Assembly: GCA_035285865.1 (NCBI GenBank)
Contig: JAYKHS010000007.1
Span: 64,001 to 128,000, forward strand
Reading direction: 5' to 3'
Source of the DNA: Candidatus Sericytochromatia bacterium
GTDB lineage: Bacteria > Cyanobacteriota > Sericytochromatia > S15B-MN24 > VGJW01
DNA: 64,000 nt
The translations under genes were made by a program, and so were the position numbers. The notes under the pieces are model-generated. The model was not told the origin of the DNA and searched no databases. It saw only the letters and a program-made list of their open reading frames with translations. Shown piece after piece: positions 40,797 through 51,166 of this stretch (positions are counted from its first letter, which is position 1; the number at the start of each line of letters is the position of its first letter).

Positions 40797-42605
40797 ATGA
40801 GCACGCTGCGTACCTTCGACCTCGAACTGAGGCCCCTCGATCGGGCCCAGCGCGAAGGCCTGCGCCGAATCCGCACTCAGGTCGAGTCCTGGTCGGCCCT
40901 CTGGAACGAAGCCCTCGCCCCGCTCGGCTGGGTGGATCTGGCCCAGTCCGTTCGGGATGAAGGCCTCGCCCGAGCCCGCACGATGCTCGACAGCGCCCGC
41001 GCGGGTGTCGAAGCCCTGCCCGAGCCTTTCCGCGGCACGCTCCTGGGCGCCCTCAGGACCCAGTACCGGGCGCTCACGGCCGGTGTCGCGGCCACCCGGG
41101 GCGAAGCCTGGACCTGGGCCGTATTCGCACCGGGCACGTGGACGCTCGTGCCTGCCGGGGATGACACCCTGCGCCTGCACCTGCCGCTGCTGGGCCGGGA
41201 TCTGCCTGTCCACGCCCGCCTGCCCCAGGGCCTGGACACCGAGACGTTCCGGCGCCAGACGGAGGGTGCCCGCTGGCTCGAGGCGCGCATCGGCCGCAGG
41301 CAGGGCCGCTGGGTGCTGCGCATCCGTTGCCGCCTCGCTGTCCGCACGCCCGTGGGCGTGGATCTCGGCATGCGCCACCGGGCGGTTGTGGCCGATGCCG
41401 ACGGCCGACTCCTGCTCGATGCAACCGGTCGCCGTGAACGCGGCAAGGTTGCCCGGATGGAGCGCGTGATGGCCTCGATGCAGCGCAAGGGCGCCCATCG
41501 GGCCGCACGACGCCTCGCCGCCCGGCGTGACCGCTATCAGGCCAACTGCGACCTCGCGGTGGCCGGGGCGGTGGTTCGCGCCGCCAGCAAGGTCGCAACG
41601 CCGGTCCTGCATCTCGAGAACGAGGCCACCTTCGCGACCTTGCCCGACGCCATGCGTCGCCGTCTGGTCCGCACCAGCCGGGCCATTCGCCGCAGCGCCA
41701 GCCGCGCCGGCGTGCCCGTCCGCTTGCTGGACGGTCGCCAGTCCACCCATCGCTGCGAAGCGTGCGGGACCCACGTCCCCGCTTCGTCTGCCCCCCTCGT
41801 GTCCTGCCGGTGCGGTTCGCGCCCGCGGGATCTGCAAGCGTCGCGCAACCTTGCGCGTCTCGCGTCGGCACGGGTTCGCCCGTCCGGCGAAGCTCCCCGA
41901 CCGGATTCGGGGAGACAGGCCGTCGGCACGGCTGCATCCCCGCCTCCTGCCCGTTACAAGGGCGTGCAGGAGCGCGCGGGAAGGGGCACGCAAGTCCCCC
42001 ATGCCTGGATGAACAACATCCCGTCCCTTGGTGCGCCCGCAAGGCGCCAGAAGGAGAAACCCCTCATGACGACCATCGTCAAGGATCTCGGCGAGACCAC
42101 CCAGAAGCTCGTCGTCCACTCGCTCGACAACCTCAAGACCTATGTCGAGAAGACCTCCCAGGAACTGGGCGGCGTCAACCTCGTTGGCGCGACCCGGAAC
42201 GTCCTCGACACCGCGATTGACGGCGCCAAGAACGTCGTCAAGGCGGCCGAGACCCTCTCGGACGATCCCTTCACGGCCATCAAGGTCGTGGCCGATCGCT
42301 CCGTCGAGGCCACCCGGGAAGTCCTCAACACCATCGCCGAGGAAGGCCGCAAGGCCGATCTCGTCGGGGTGTCGAGCCGCATCGCGATGGAAGGGCTCAA
42401 CACCCTTCGCTCCGAAGTGGATTACGGCCTCGAGACGGGCAAGGCGCTCGTGAACCGGCTTCAGGCCTCGGCCACGCCGACCCAGCCGGTCGTGACGCGT
42501 CCGCCTCAGGTGACCCGTGTCGAGATCGAACACGAGAAGCCCGCGAGGAGCAGCGCCAAGAGCACCGAGAAGGCCGCCGCGGCTGAAAAGCCCGCCAACG
42601 CCTGA
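40797..42605 (+). CDS. TnpB/Cas12f-like RNA-guided nuclease homolog, in frame with a downstream amphipathic protein
   Basis: N-terminal RTFDLELRP..Q...LWNEAL; GVDLG (D at 41361), LHLEN (E at 41616), CEAC...CRCG, RDLQASRNL (D at 41829); no stop until 42605. Confidence 0.8.
   Translation: MSTLRTFDLELRPLDRAQREGLRRIRTQVESWSALWNEALAPLGWVDLAQSVRDEGLARARTMLDSARAGVEALPEPFRGTLLGALRTQYRALTAGVAATRGEAWTWAVFAPGTWTLVPAGDDTLRLHLPLLGRDLPVHARLPQGLDTETFRRQTEGARWLEARIGRRQGRWVLRIRCRLAVRTPVGVDLGMRHRAVVADADGRLLLDATGRRERGKVARMERVMASMQRKGAHRAARRLAARRDRYQANCDLAVAGAVVRAASKVATPVLHLENEATFATLPDAMRRRLVRTSRAIRRSASRAGVPVRLLDGRQSTHRCEACGTHVPASSAPLVSCRCGSRPRDLQASRNLARLASARVRPSGEAPRPDSGRQAVGTAASPPPARYKGVQERAGRGTQVPHAWMNNIPSLGAPARRQKEKPLMTTIVKDLGETTQKLVVHSLDNLKTYVEKTSQELGGVNLVGATRNVLDTAIDGAKNVVKAAETLSDDPFTAIKVVADRSVEATREVLNTIAEEGRKADLVGVSSRIAMEGLNTLRSEVDYGLETGKALVNRLQASATPTQPVVTRPPQVTRVEIEHEKPARSSAKSTEKAAAAEKPANA
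41880..42050 (+). ncRNA. Candidate omegaRNA/guide scaffold or structured leader
   Basis: Six consecutive hairpins right after RuvC-III, where TnpB omegaRNAs normally lie. Confidence 0.4.
42066..42605 (+). CDS. Amphipathic helical (phasin-like) protein with own RBS
   Basis: aaggag at 42051, ATG at 42066, strongly biased codons, helical V/A/K/E/T pattern, K/A-rich tail. Confidence 0.7.
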   Translation: MTTIVKDLGETTQKLVVHSLDNLKTYVEKTSQELGGVNLVGATRNVLDTAIDGAKNVVKAAETLSDDPFTAIKVVADRSVEATREVLNTIAEEGRKADLVGVSSRIAMEGLNTLRSEVDYGLETGKALVNRLQASATPTQPVVTRPPQVTRVEIEHEKPARSSAKSTEKAAAAEKPANA

Positions 42606-42617
42606 TCGACGGCTGCA

Positions 42618-42660
42618 GCCGCCGGGTCCGGACCAGTCCGGGCCCGGCGGTCCGCCTTTT
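42618..42660. terminator. Terminator stem-loop
   Basis: ccgccgggtccgga ... tccgggcccggcgg then ccgcctttt. Confidence 0.65.
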
Positions 42661-42664
42661 GAGG

Positions 42665-43318
42665 TCAGGCGAGGTCGGCGAGCGCCACCCCTGCCGCTAC
42701 GAGAACCGCATCCGGATCGGCGGTGCCATCAACCCGAACAATGCGTGCGCCATGTTCACGTGCAAGCACGGCAAAGCCTTCGCGCACCCGCTCGTGGAAA
42801 GCCACCCCGGCACCCTCGAGCCGGTCCGGACCACGCGAGGCGGCGGCGCGGCGCAGACCTTCCGCAACAGGCACATCCAGCCAGAGGGTGCGATCCGGCA
42901 CGAGCCCGGCCGTTGCCCACGCATTGACCTGCTCGACCATGGCGCGGTCGAGCCCTCGACCGAAGGCCTGGTAAGCCACCAGCGAATCGACGTGGCGATC
43001 GCAGAGCACCCACGCACCCCGCGCCAGAGCCGGACGAACCACCTCGGCCAGATGCTGGGCACGGTCTGCGCCATACAGCAACAACTCAGCCAACGGGTCC
43101 ACATCGTGCCCCGGTGCCAGCAACAACTGGCGAATCGCACCCCCAAGACCCGTTCCTCCGGGCTCGCGGGTGACGACGACCTCCCTGCCCTCGCTGCCCA
43201 GCATCTCGGCAAGCGCGCGGATGAGCGTCGTCTTGCCCGCGCCCTCCCCGCCCTCGAAGGTCACGAAACGGCCCTTGCCGCTCCGAGGCAACGGGGATAG
43301 CCGGTCCACGCCGCTCAA
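42665..43318 (-). CDS. tmk: Thymidylate kinase
   Basis: FVTFEGGEGAGKTT, TREPGGT, DRAQH, LCDRHVDS..AYQ. Confidence 0.95.
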   Translation of the reverse strand: MSGVDRLSPLPRSGKGRFVTFEGGEGAGKTTLIRALAEMLGSEGREVVVTREPGGTGLGGAIRQLLLAPGHDVDPLAELLLYGADRAQHLAEVVRPALARGAWVLCDRHVDSLVAYQAFGRGLDRAMVEQVNAWATAGLVPDRTLWLDVPVAEGLRRAAASRGPDRLEGAGVAFHERVREGFAVLAREHGARIVRVDGTADPDAVLVAAGVALADLA

Positions 43319-45420
43319 GGGACCGCTCCCGGAAGACGTGGGCGCAAGGGCGCTTCAGACGGCGACCAGACGGGCATCGGCAGCACCTGGGGCGACGACG
43401 ACGCAGGCGACGACGCAGGCGACGACGCAGGCGACGACGCAGGCGACGACGCAGGCGACGGCGCTTCCGTGGCCCCTTCCGAAACACTGCTTTCCCGCGC
43501 GCCTGGCAACACGACGGGTTCCGCATCCTGGAAGGGATCCCAGGTGGGACCAGGTGACGGCAGACCCGGTGGGGGGCTGGCCTCGGGGAAGTTCCGCACG
43601 GGCAGGCCGGAGTGCCAGTCCTTCATGACCTTGCGCCAGATGCGGGCGGCCACCCTCCCCCCGAAGGCCCCGTCCTTCATCGGTGCGCGATCGTCGTTGC
43701 CGACCCACACGGCCAGGCTGACCTGCGGCGTGAATCCTGCGAACCAGGCATCGCGGAACGCACTGGTCGTCCCCGTCTTGCCCGCGGCCGGCCGACCGAT
43801 GCCCTGGCCCTTGGCCGTGCCGCGCTCGAGGACGCCGGAGAGCACCGAGACCAGGCGGGAAACGGCATGGGGCGGGGCTACCTCGGCCCGACGGGGTGCC
43901 GGACGCTCGTCGAGGCCGCCGCCCACGACCCGCACATGCAGCTGTGGCTGGACCCACTGGCCCTTGTTGGCGAACGCCGCGTAGGCGGCCGCGAGCTCGA
44001 TGGGGTTGGTGGCTCCCGAGCCCAGTGCAAGCGTCAGGTCCCGGGGATGCGGTCCCCGCATGCCGGCCGCCTTGAGGATGGCCTCGACCGGCTGGCGCCC
44101 TACCTCGGCATAGGTCCGGACCGCCACCGTGTTGACCGACTGCTCCAACGCGGCGCGAAGCGTCAGCGCACCATAGATGCGCCCGTCGTCGTTGCGCGGC
44201 TGGTACCAGCGCCCGTTGCCGGCCGGGTAGCGCGCCGCCGCGTCCACCACCACGTCCTCCGGCGTCCGGCCGGAGGCGAAGGCCGCAAGGTAGACGAACG
44301 GCTTCATGCAACTGCCCGGCTGCAGGTTCGCCATCGTCCGGTCGTAGTCCGTCGCCCCGACGCCACCCACAAGGGCCAGCACGTGGCCCGTGCCGGGTTC
44401 GACGGCCGCCATGGCCACCTGTCTGAAGCCCATCCGGGCACCATCCGTCCGCACGGCCTCCTCGGCCGCGGCCACCGCCAACTCCTGCAACCGGGCATCC
44501 AGCGTCGTCTGGACCACAAGCCCGCCCTCCTGCACGCGCGCCGGCCCGAGACGCGCCTCGAGCACGCTCTGCAGGCGACGGCGGAACCAGCCGTGGTCAT
44601 CCCGGGGCGAACGCTTGATGCCAAGGTGCCGACGCAGACCGTGTCCATCGATCTCTCCGGCACGCCAACGGGCCACCTGTCGGGTGCGTGCCTCGCGAAC
44701 CAAACGATCCGCCTTGAGATGACCGGCATTCACCATGCGGCCAAGCACGAAACGCTGGCGATCGATGAGTCGGTCGAGTCCATCGTCCGAGAAGGGATCG
44801 TATTGTGACGGTCCCTTGAGCATGGCGACAAGCACGGCCCCTTGGCCGGGATCCAGTCGGCTCGCCGGCTTGCCGAAGTAGACCTCCGCCGCTGCGGCAA
44901 CGCCGTACGCACCCCGCCCCCACCAGACCTCGTTCAAGTAGCGTTCCAGAATCTGGTCCTTGGTCATGCCACGCGTGAGCTGGACCGTGACCATGGCCTC
45001 GCGCAACTTGCGGTCCAGGGTCTTGCGTCGGTCCTGGATCAGCGTCTTGGCCAACTGTTGCGTCAGCGTCGACCCGCCCTCCCGAGCCTCTCCCGCGAGC
45101 AGGTTCTTGAACATCGCCCTTGCGAGGCCCTTGGGATCGAAACCGACATTGCCGTAGAAGCCGGGATCCTCGGTATCGATCAAGGCCTGCCGCAGGGACT
45201 CCGGCACGTCGGCCAGAGCCACGGCGTGCTGATGGCGTTCGCCCCGGATCTCCCCGAAGACCCGACCGGCCCGATCCCGAAGGATTGAGGGGGGACCGGG
45301 AAAAGGACGCAGCAAATCGGCCAAGGTATCGGCCGCGAGGCCCGGGCGGGCCAGGACCAGCATGGCCATCGTGGCGACCACCCCGGTCAGAGCCGAACGG
45401 CTCCGTCCGAAGGACCCCAC
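43315..45420 (-). CDS. Class A penicillin-binding protein (PBP1A family)
   Basis: GGSTLTQQLAK, RKLRE, YLNEV; QPGSCMK, SVN and KTGTT motifs. Confidence 0.92.
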   Translation of the reverse strand: MGSFGRSRSALTGVVATMAMLVLARPGLAADTLADLLRPFPGPPSILRDRAGRVFGEIRGERHQHAVALADVPESLRQALIDTEDPGFYGNVGFDPKGLARAMFKNLLAGEAREGGSTLTQQLAKTLIQDRRKTLDRKLREAMVTVQLTRGMTKDQILERYLNEVWWGRGAYGVAAAAEVYFGKPASRLDPGQGAVLVAMLKGPSQYDPFSDDGLDRLIDRQRFVLGRMVNAGHLKADRLVREARTRQVARWRAGEIDGHGLRRHLGIKRSPRDDHGWFRRRLQSVLEARLGPARVQEGGLVVQTTLDARLQELAVAAAEEAVRTDGARMGFRQVAMAAVEPGTGHVLALVGGVGATDYDRTMANLQPGSCMKPFVYLAAFASGRTPEDVVVDAAARYPAGNGRWYQPRNDDGRIYGALTLRAALEQSVNTVAVRTYAEVGRQPVEAILKAAGMRGPHPRDLTLALGSGATNPIELAAAYAAFANKGQWVQPQLHVRVVGGGLDERPAPRRAEVAPPHAVSRLVSVLSGVLERGTAKGQGIGRPAAGKTGTTSAFRDAWFAGFTPQVSLAVWVGNDDRAPMKDGAFGGRVAARIWRKVMKDWHSGLPVRNFPEASPPPGLPSPGPTWDPFQDAEPVVLPGARESSVSEGATEAPSPASSPASSPASSPASSPASSSPQVLPMPVWSPSEAPLRPRLPGAVP
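43397..43456. repeat. Five perfect 12-bp tandem repeats (gacgacgcaggc) encoding PASS in the PBP tail
   Basis: Directly visible. Confidence 0.95.
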
Positions 45421-45421
45421 C

Positions 45422-46960
<1,539 letters not shown>

Positions 46961-47947
46961 CTACCGGGCCTCCAGGGGTTCGAGGGCAGAGGCCACCAGC
47001 TTGCGGGCGCGGGAAAGGCCTTCGGACATGCCTGCGTTCGGGTCGCCGAGCCCGCGGATGTCGCGAACCAGACGGCGGGCAAAGCTGCCGATGGCCACGC
47101 CGGCAAGGCCCAGCCCCATCTCGCGGGCCAGCTTGCCCGTGAGATCGTTGGTCCCGCCGGCCACCTGGACATGCGGCACTCCCGCCGCCATGAGGGCCTC
47201 GGCAAAGGTCAGCGCCGGCCGGGTCGAAGCCTCGCCGGCCGTACCGCTGATGGGCTTGCCGTCCGCCTGCAGGAGCAGGGGCCCGTCCACCCACCGGGAG
47301 GCCGTCCGCCACGCCCCGACAGCCTGGTCGACCGTCATCTGCACCGCGTTGACCGACAACGAGAAGACTCCGCCCTTGGCCGTCCAGGCCCGGACCTGCC
47401 CCTCATAGGCCTCGAGTCCTGCACCGGTCCCGGCATGGAGCTCGAGCGCTCGGGCGCCGGCATCCCACAAGTCATCCAGTGCGGCAGGAGGCGCCGCGGG
47501 CACCATCTGCACGGCCTCTTCCGGGCAGGCCGCCACGCACTGGCCGCAGCCGACGCAGCGCTGGGCCACGATCTTGAACTGAGCGTCGATGGCGCCGTGG
47601 GGACAGGCATTGAGGCAGTGCGGGCACTCCCAGGTGCAGCGCGCGTCGATCTTCTCGGCAATCTGCACATGCGGGTCGTCCTCGGGACCGATGGACACCA
47701 TCACGAGCGGCACGGGGGCCTGCGGCAGCCAGGCCGAACCGAGGCGTCGGGCCCGGCGGACGCCCGACAACGCGGCGTCCACGGCGTCGGGGCGCGCGGC
47801 GACGTCCACGAGGCGTGCACCGGCCAGCGTGAAGATGGTCGCGAGGTGCGCGAGTTCGGAGGTGTCCTCGAAGGTGGCTCCGCACACCAGCTTGAAGTAC
47901 GGTCCCTCCGCGACGAGTGGCTGTATGAGCTTGGACAGCGTGGTCAT
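46961..47947 (-). CDS. ldpA: LdpA-like 4Fe-4S protein
   Basis: FKLVCGA, DVAARP, EDDPH, CPHCLNACP and CVGCGQCVAACP, QADGKPISG, QVAGGTN. Confidence 0.8.
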   Translation of the reverse strand: MTTLSKLIQPLVAEGPYFKLVCGATFEDTSELAHLATIFTLAGARLVDVAARPDAVDAALSGVRRARRLGSAWLPQAPVPLVMVSIGPEDDPHVQIAEKIDARCTWECPHCLNACPHGAIDAQFKIVAQRCVGCGQCVAACPEEAVQMVPAAPPAALDDLWDAGARALELHAGTGAGLEAYEGQVRAWTAKGGVFSLSVNAVQMTVDQAVGAWRTASRWVDGPLLLQADGKPISGTAGEASTRPALTFAEALMAAGVPHVQVAGGTNDLTGKLAREMGLGLAGVAIGSFARRLVRDIRGLGDPNAGMSEGLSRARKLVASALEPLEAR

Positions 47948-48055
47948 CGCGGCGAGCGCCTCCTGGACGGGACGTGATCAAGGGCACGGCCATGATACAA
48001 AGGTTTCTCCTTAACCGCCAGATAACCCTCGCCCACCTGCCGGAGTCCGTCCATC

Positions 48056-49036
48056 ATGTCCGCACCCGAAACCCTGCTCGGCATCGACCTTGGAGGCACC
48101 AAAGTCCACCTACGCCTCGCGGGCCCGCAGGGCGTGGTGCTCGATCGGCGCCTGCCCACGGCGGATCATCCGGATCTCGAGACGCTGGTGCTGTCGGCCC
48201 TGGGGGACAGGATGCCCGACGCCACGGCCGTCGGCATCGCCGGCCCCGTTCAGGGCGATCGGGCCCACGTCACCAATGTGGGCTGGAACATCGAAGCCGG
48301 TACACTTGCCCGGGCCCTCGGCGGCGGCAAGGTCGTGCTGGCGAACGACATGGCCATCGTGGCCCATGGGCTGGCGACCCTGCGGGCGGAAGAAACGATC
48401 GTCCTGCAGGAAGGGAGCCGCGAGGAGCGTGGCCCGATCCTGATCGTCGGGGTCGGCACGGGCATGGGGACCGGCCTGCTGGTGCCGGAACTGGGCGGAG
48501 CGGCCGATCGCTATCTCGCCGGCGAGGGCGGGCACGCGACGTGGGCACCCCGGACGGAGGAAGATCGGGAATTGCAGGCCTGGCTGGCGGAACGCCATGG
48601 GCATGTGTCGCTCGAGCGCGTGGTTTCGGGAACGGGCCTCGCCACCGCCGCACAGTGGGCCGACGGTTCGGGAAGACCGCTGGCCGAGGGCGTCCGCGAG
48701 GCACTCGCGTCGGGCGAGGGGGTTGCCGCCGCCGTCGTGGCCGCGGCCGAATCCGGCACGTGTCCGACGAGCGCGGGCATCCTCGGGCGCTTCGTCTCGA
48801 CGCTGGGAGCAGCCATCGGCAACGCCGCCCTGACTACCCTGCCGACCGGCGGCATCTTCCTCGCCGGCGGAGTCGCCCAGAAGCTGGCCGGGCATCTGGG
48901 CCAAGGCAGCCTCTTCCTCGAGAGCATGCGGGACAAGGGGAGGATGCGAGGCCTTGTCGCCGGCCTCCACGTCGCGGTGGTCAAGGCCGAGGACGTCGCC
49001 ATCCGTGGGGCGCTGGCGCTCGCTGCCCGGGCCTGA
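48056..49036 (+). CDS. glk: Glucokinase
   Basis: GIDLGGTK, GIAGPV, ND, GVGTGMG, GEGGH, ERVVSG, FLAGGVA. Confidence 0.9.
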   Translation: MSAPETLLGIDLGGTKVHLRLAGPQGVVLDRRLPTADHPDLETLVLSALGDRMPDATAVGIAGPVQGDRAHVTNVGWNIEAGTLARALGGGKVVLANDMAIVAHGLATLRAEETIVLQEGSREERGPILIVGVGTGMGTGLLVPELGGAADRYLAGEGGHATWAPRTEEDRELQAWLAERHGHVSLERVVSGTGLATAAQWADGSGRPLAEGVREALASGEGVAAAVVAAAESGTCPTSAGILGRFVSTLGAAIGNAALTTLPTGGIFLAGGVAQKLAGHLGQGSLFLESMRDKGRMRGLVAGLHVAVVKAEDVAIRGALALAARA

Positions 49037-49073
49037 ATCGAGGGCACTCCGCTCCGGGCGGTATACTTGGGTC

Positions 49074-50027
49074 ATGCGCGGGTTCCCGGCGGTGTGCGCG
49101 GCCATCCTCGCGATCTTCCTCGCCGGACCGCGCACGGGCCCCGTCGCGCCCGTACCTGCTGCCGAGGCCCAGGTGCTGTACTGCGCCTACTGCGGCCGGC
49201 AGATCGAGGGGCGATACCTGCAGGACCAGGGCCGTGCCTACCACCCGAAGTGCGCCGCCCAGGTCGCCCCGCGCTGCGTCATCTGCACCAAGCCGATCCT
49301 GACCAGCGCGCGCGTGGACATCTGGGGCTTCCACGCCCATTCCGACCACGGCTGGGACATCGACTGGTGCACCTATTGCGGGCGCATCATCGGCCAAGCC
49401 AGCACCGGTGGCGGAGTGACCTACACCGATGGCCGGGCGGTCTGCAACCTTTGCCGCAAGACGGCCATCGACACGCCTGAAGCCGGTGCGCGGGTAATGG
49501 CCCGGGTGCGCAAGCGCTTGGTCGAATGGGGTATCGTGCTGGACTACCCGCCCATCCCGCTGCAAGTGGGGATGAAACCATGGTTGCGGCAGGTCCAGGG
49601 GCAGGGCAGCAGGCACATCGGGGAGACGGCCGAGGGCCTGATGGAGGCCGAAGTGACACAACGGGTAAAGAGGGGAAAGGGCCTCGGCCGGCGGGTGGTC
49701 CTGTCCATCTACGCACTGTCCGGCATGCCCGAGGAGAAATTCGCCAGCGTCATGGGCCACGAACTGATGCACGCGTGGGGCTATCTGGCCGGCAGCCAGC
49801 GGCGACATCCCCAGCTCGAGGAGGGAGCGGCCAGCTATGTCGAAGCCCTCATCCTCGCCGAGGCACGAAGCCCTGAGGGGGCCAAGCGACTCGAAATGAT
49901 CCAGAACGAGCGCGATTACACCTACGGCACGGGCTTCCGCCGGGTCAGGCGCTTCGTCGAGACTCGGGGATGGACCGCCCTGCTGGACGTCCTCAGAACG
50001 CAGGAGGATCTGCCGCCCGGCTATTAG
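49074..50027 (+). CDS. DA1-like LIM/Zn-finger metallopeptidase, copy 1
   Basis: CAYC..HPKC, CVIC, CTYC, CNLC; GHELMHAW...EEG. Confidence 0.8.
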   Translation: MRGFPAVCAAILAIFLAGPRTGPVAPVPAAEAQVLYCAYCGRQIEGRYLQDQGRAYHPKCAAQVAPRCVICTKPILTSARVDIWGFHAHSDHGWDIDWCTYCGRIIGQASTGGGVTYTDGRAVCNLCRKTAIDTPEAGARVMARVRKRLVEWGIVLDYPPIPLQVGMKPWLRQVQGQGSRHIGETAEGLMEAEVTQRVKRGKGLGRRVVLSIYALSGMPEEKFASVMGHELMHAWGYLAGSQRRHPQLEEGAASYVEALILAEARSPEGAKRLEMIQNERDYTYGTGFRRVRRFVETRGWTALLDVLRTQEDLPPGY

Positions 50028-50200
50028 CCGGTGGGTCGTCGGACTCTCCCTGCTGCTGGGCCGGACCCTGCCGTCCGTCAGCACCTTGCGGGCCAAGGGC
50101 CGCATGGAGGGCCTCGTCGCCGGGCTGCATGTCGCCGTGGCCATGGCAGAGGATGTCGCCGCGCGTGCCCAGGGCGGCCAGGAGCGTGCCGGGCGGGTAT
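50028..50200 (+). pseudogene. Duplication scar: TolC 5' fragment joined to glk 3' fragment
   Basis: 50024-50085 resembles 51163-51270; 50086-50170 resembles 48926-49030. Confidence 0.8.
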
Positions 50201-50209
50201 CCTTGGATC

Positions 50210-51166
50210 ATGCTCAGGGTCTTACTCGTGGGGTTGGCCATCCTCGCGACGATGTTCGGCGGCCCGCGCACGGGCCCCGTCGCGCCCATCCCTGCTGCCG
50301 AGGCCCAGGTGCTGTACTGCGCCTACTGCGGCCGGCAGATCGAGGGGCGATACCTGCAGGACCAGGGCCGTGCCTACCACCAGGCGTGCTACGCCGGCAA
50401 CGTCGCCCCGCGCTGTGCCGTCTGCAGCCAGCCGGTCCTGACCAGCTCGCGCGTGGACCGCTGGGGCTTCCACGCGCATGTCGCCCACGGCTCGGCCATC
50501 AACCTCTGCAGCTATTGCGGGCGCATCATCGGCCAGGCCAGCACCGGGGGCGGCGTGGCCTACACCGATGGCCGGCCGGTCTGCAACCTTTGCCGCAAGA
50601 CGGCCATCGACACGCCTGAAGCCGGTGTGCGGGTGATGGCCCGGGTGCGCAAGCGCTTGGCCGAATGGGGGGTCGTGCTGGACTACCCGCTCATCCCGCT
50701 GCAACTGGGGATGAAACCGTGGCTGCAGCAGGTCCAGCGGCAAGGCAGCTTTGCCTTCGGGGGGGAGACCGTAGGCCTGACGCGGGCCGTCGTGAGTCAA
50801 CGGGTACGAGGCCGGGAGATCCTCGACCGGCGGGTCGACCTGTCCATCTACGCGCTGGCCGGCCTGCCCGAGGAAGTCTTCGCCAGCGTCATGGGCCACG
50901 AACTGATGCACGCGTGGGGCCATCTGGCCGGCAGCCAGCGGCGACAGCCCCAGCTCGAGGAGGGAGCGGCCCGCTACGTCGAGGCCGTCATCCTTGCCGA
51001 GGCAGGCAGCCCCGAGGGGGCCAAGCGACTCGAGATGATCCATTATGATGACGATCCCACCTACGGCAGGGGCTTCCGCCGGGTAAGGCGCTTCGTCGAG
51101 ACCCGGGGATGGACCGCCCTGCTGGAAATCCTCAGAACGCAGCATGATCTTCCGCCCGGCTATTAG
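50210..51166 (+). CDS. DA1-like LIM/Zn-finger metallopeptidase, copy 2
   Basis: Close paralog of 49074-50027 with the same Cys pairs and HELMH. Confidence 0.8.
   Translation: MLRVLLVGLAILATMFGGPRTGPVAPIPAAEAQVLYCAYCGRQIEGRYLQDQGRAYHQACYAGNVAPRCAVCSQPVLTSSRVDRWGFHAHVAHGSAINLCSYCGRIIGQASTGGGVAYTDGRPVCNLCRKTAIDTPEAGVRVMARVRKRLAEWGVVLDYPLIPLQLGMKPWLQQVQRQGSFAFGGETVGLTRAVVSQRVRGREILDRRVDLSIYALAGLPEEVFASVMGHELMHAWGHLAGSQRRQPQLEEGAARYVEAVILAEAGSPEGAKRLEMIHYDDDPTYGRGFRRVRRFVETRGWTALLEILRTQHDLPPGY

Noticed and set aside
40684..42660. Active IS200/IS605/IS607 element or type V CRISPR locus
   Set aside because: No transposase, recognisable IS ends, cas1/cas2 or repeat-spacer array.
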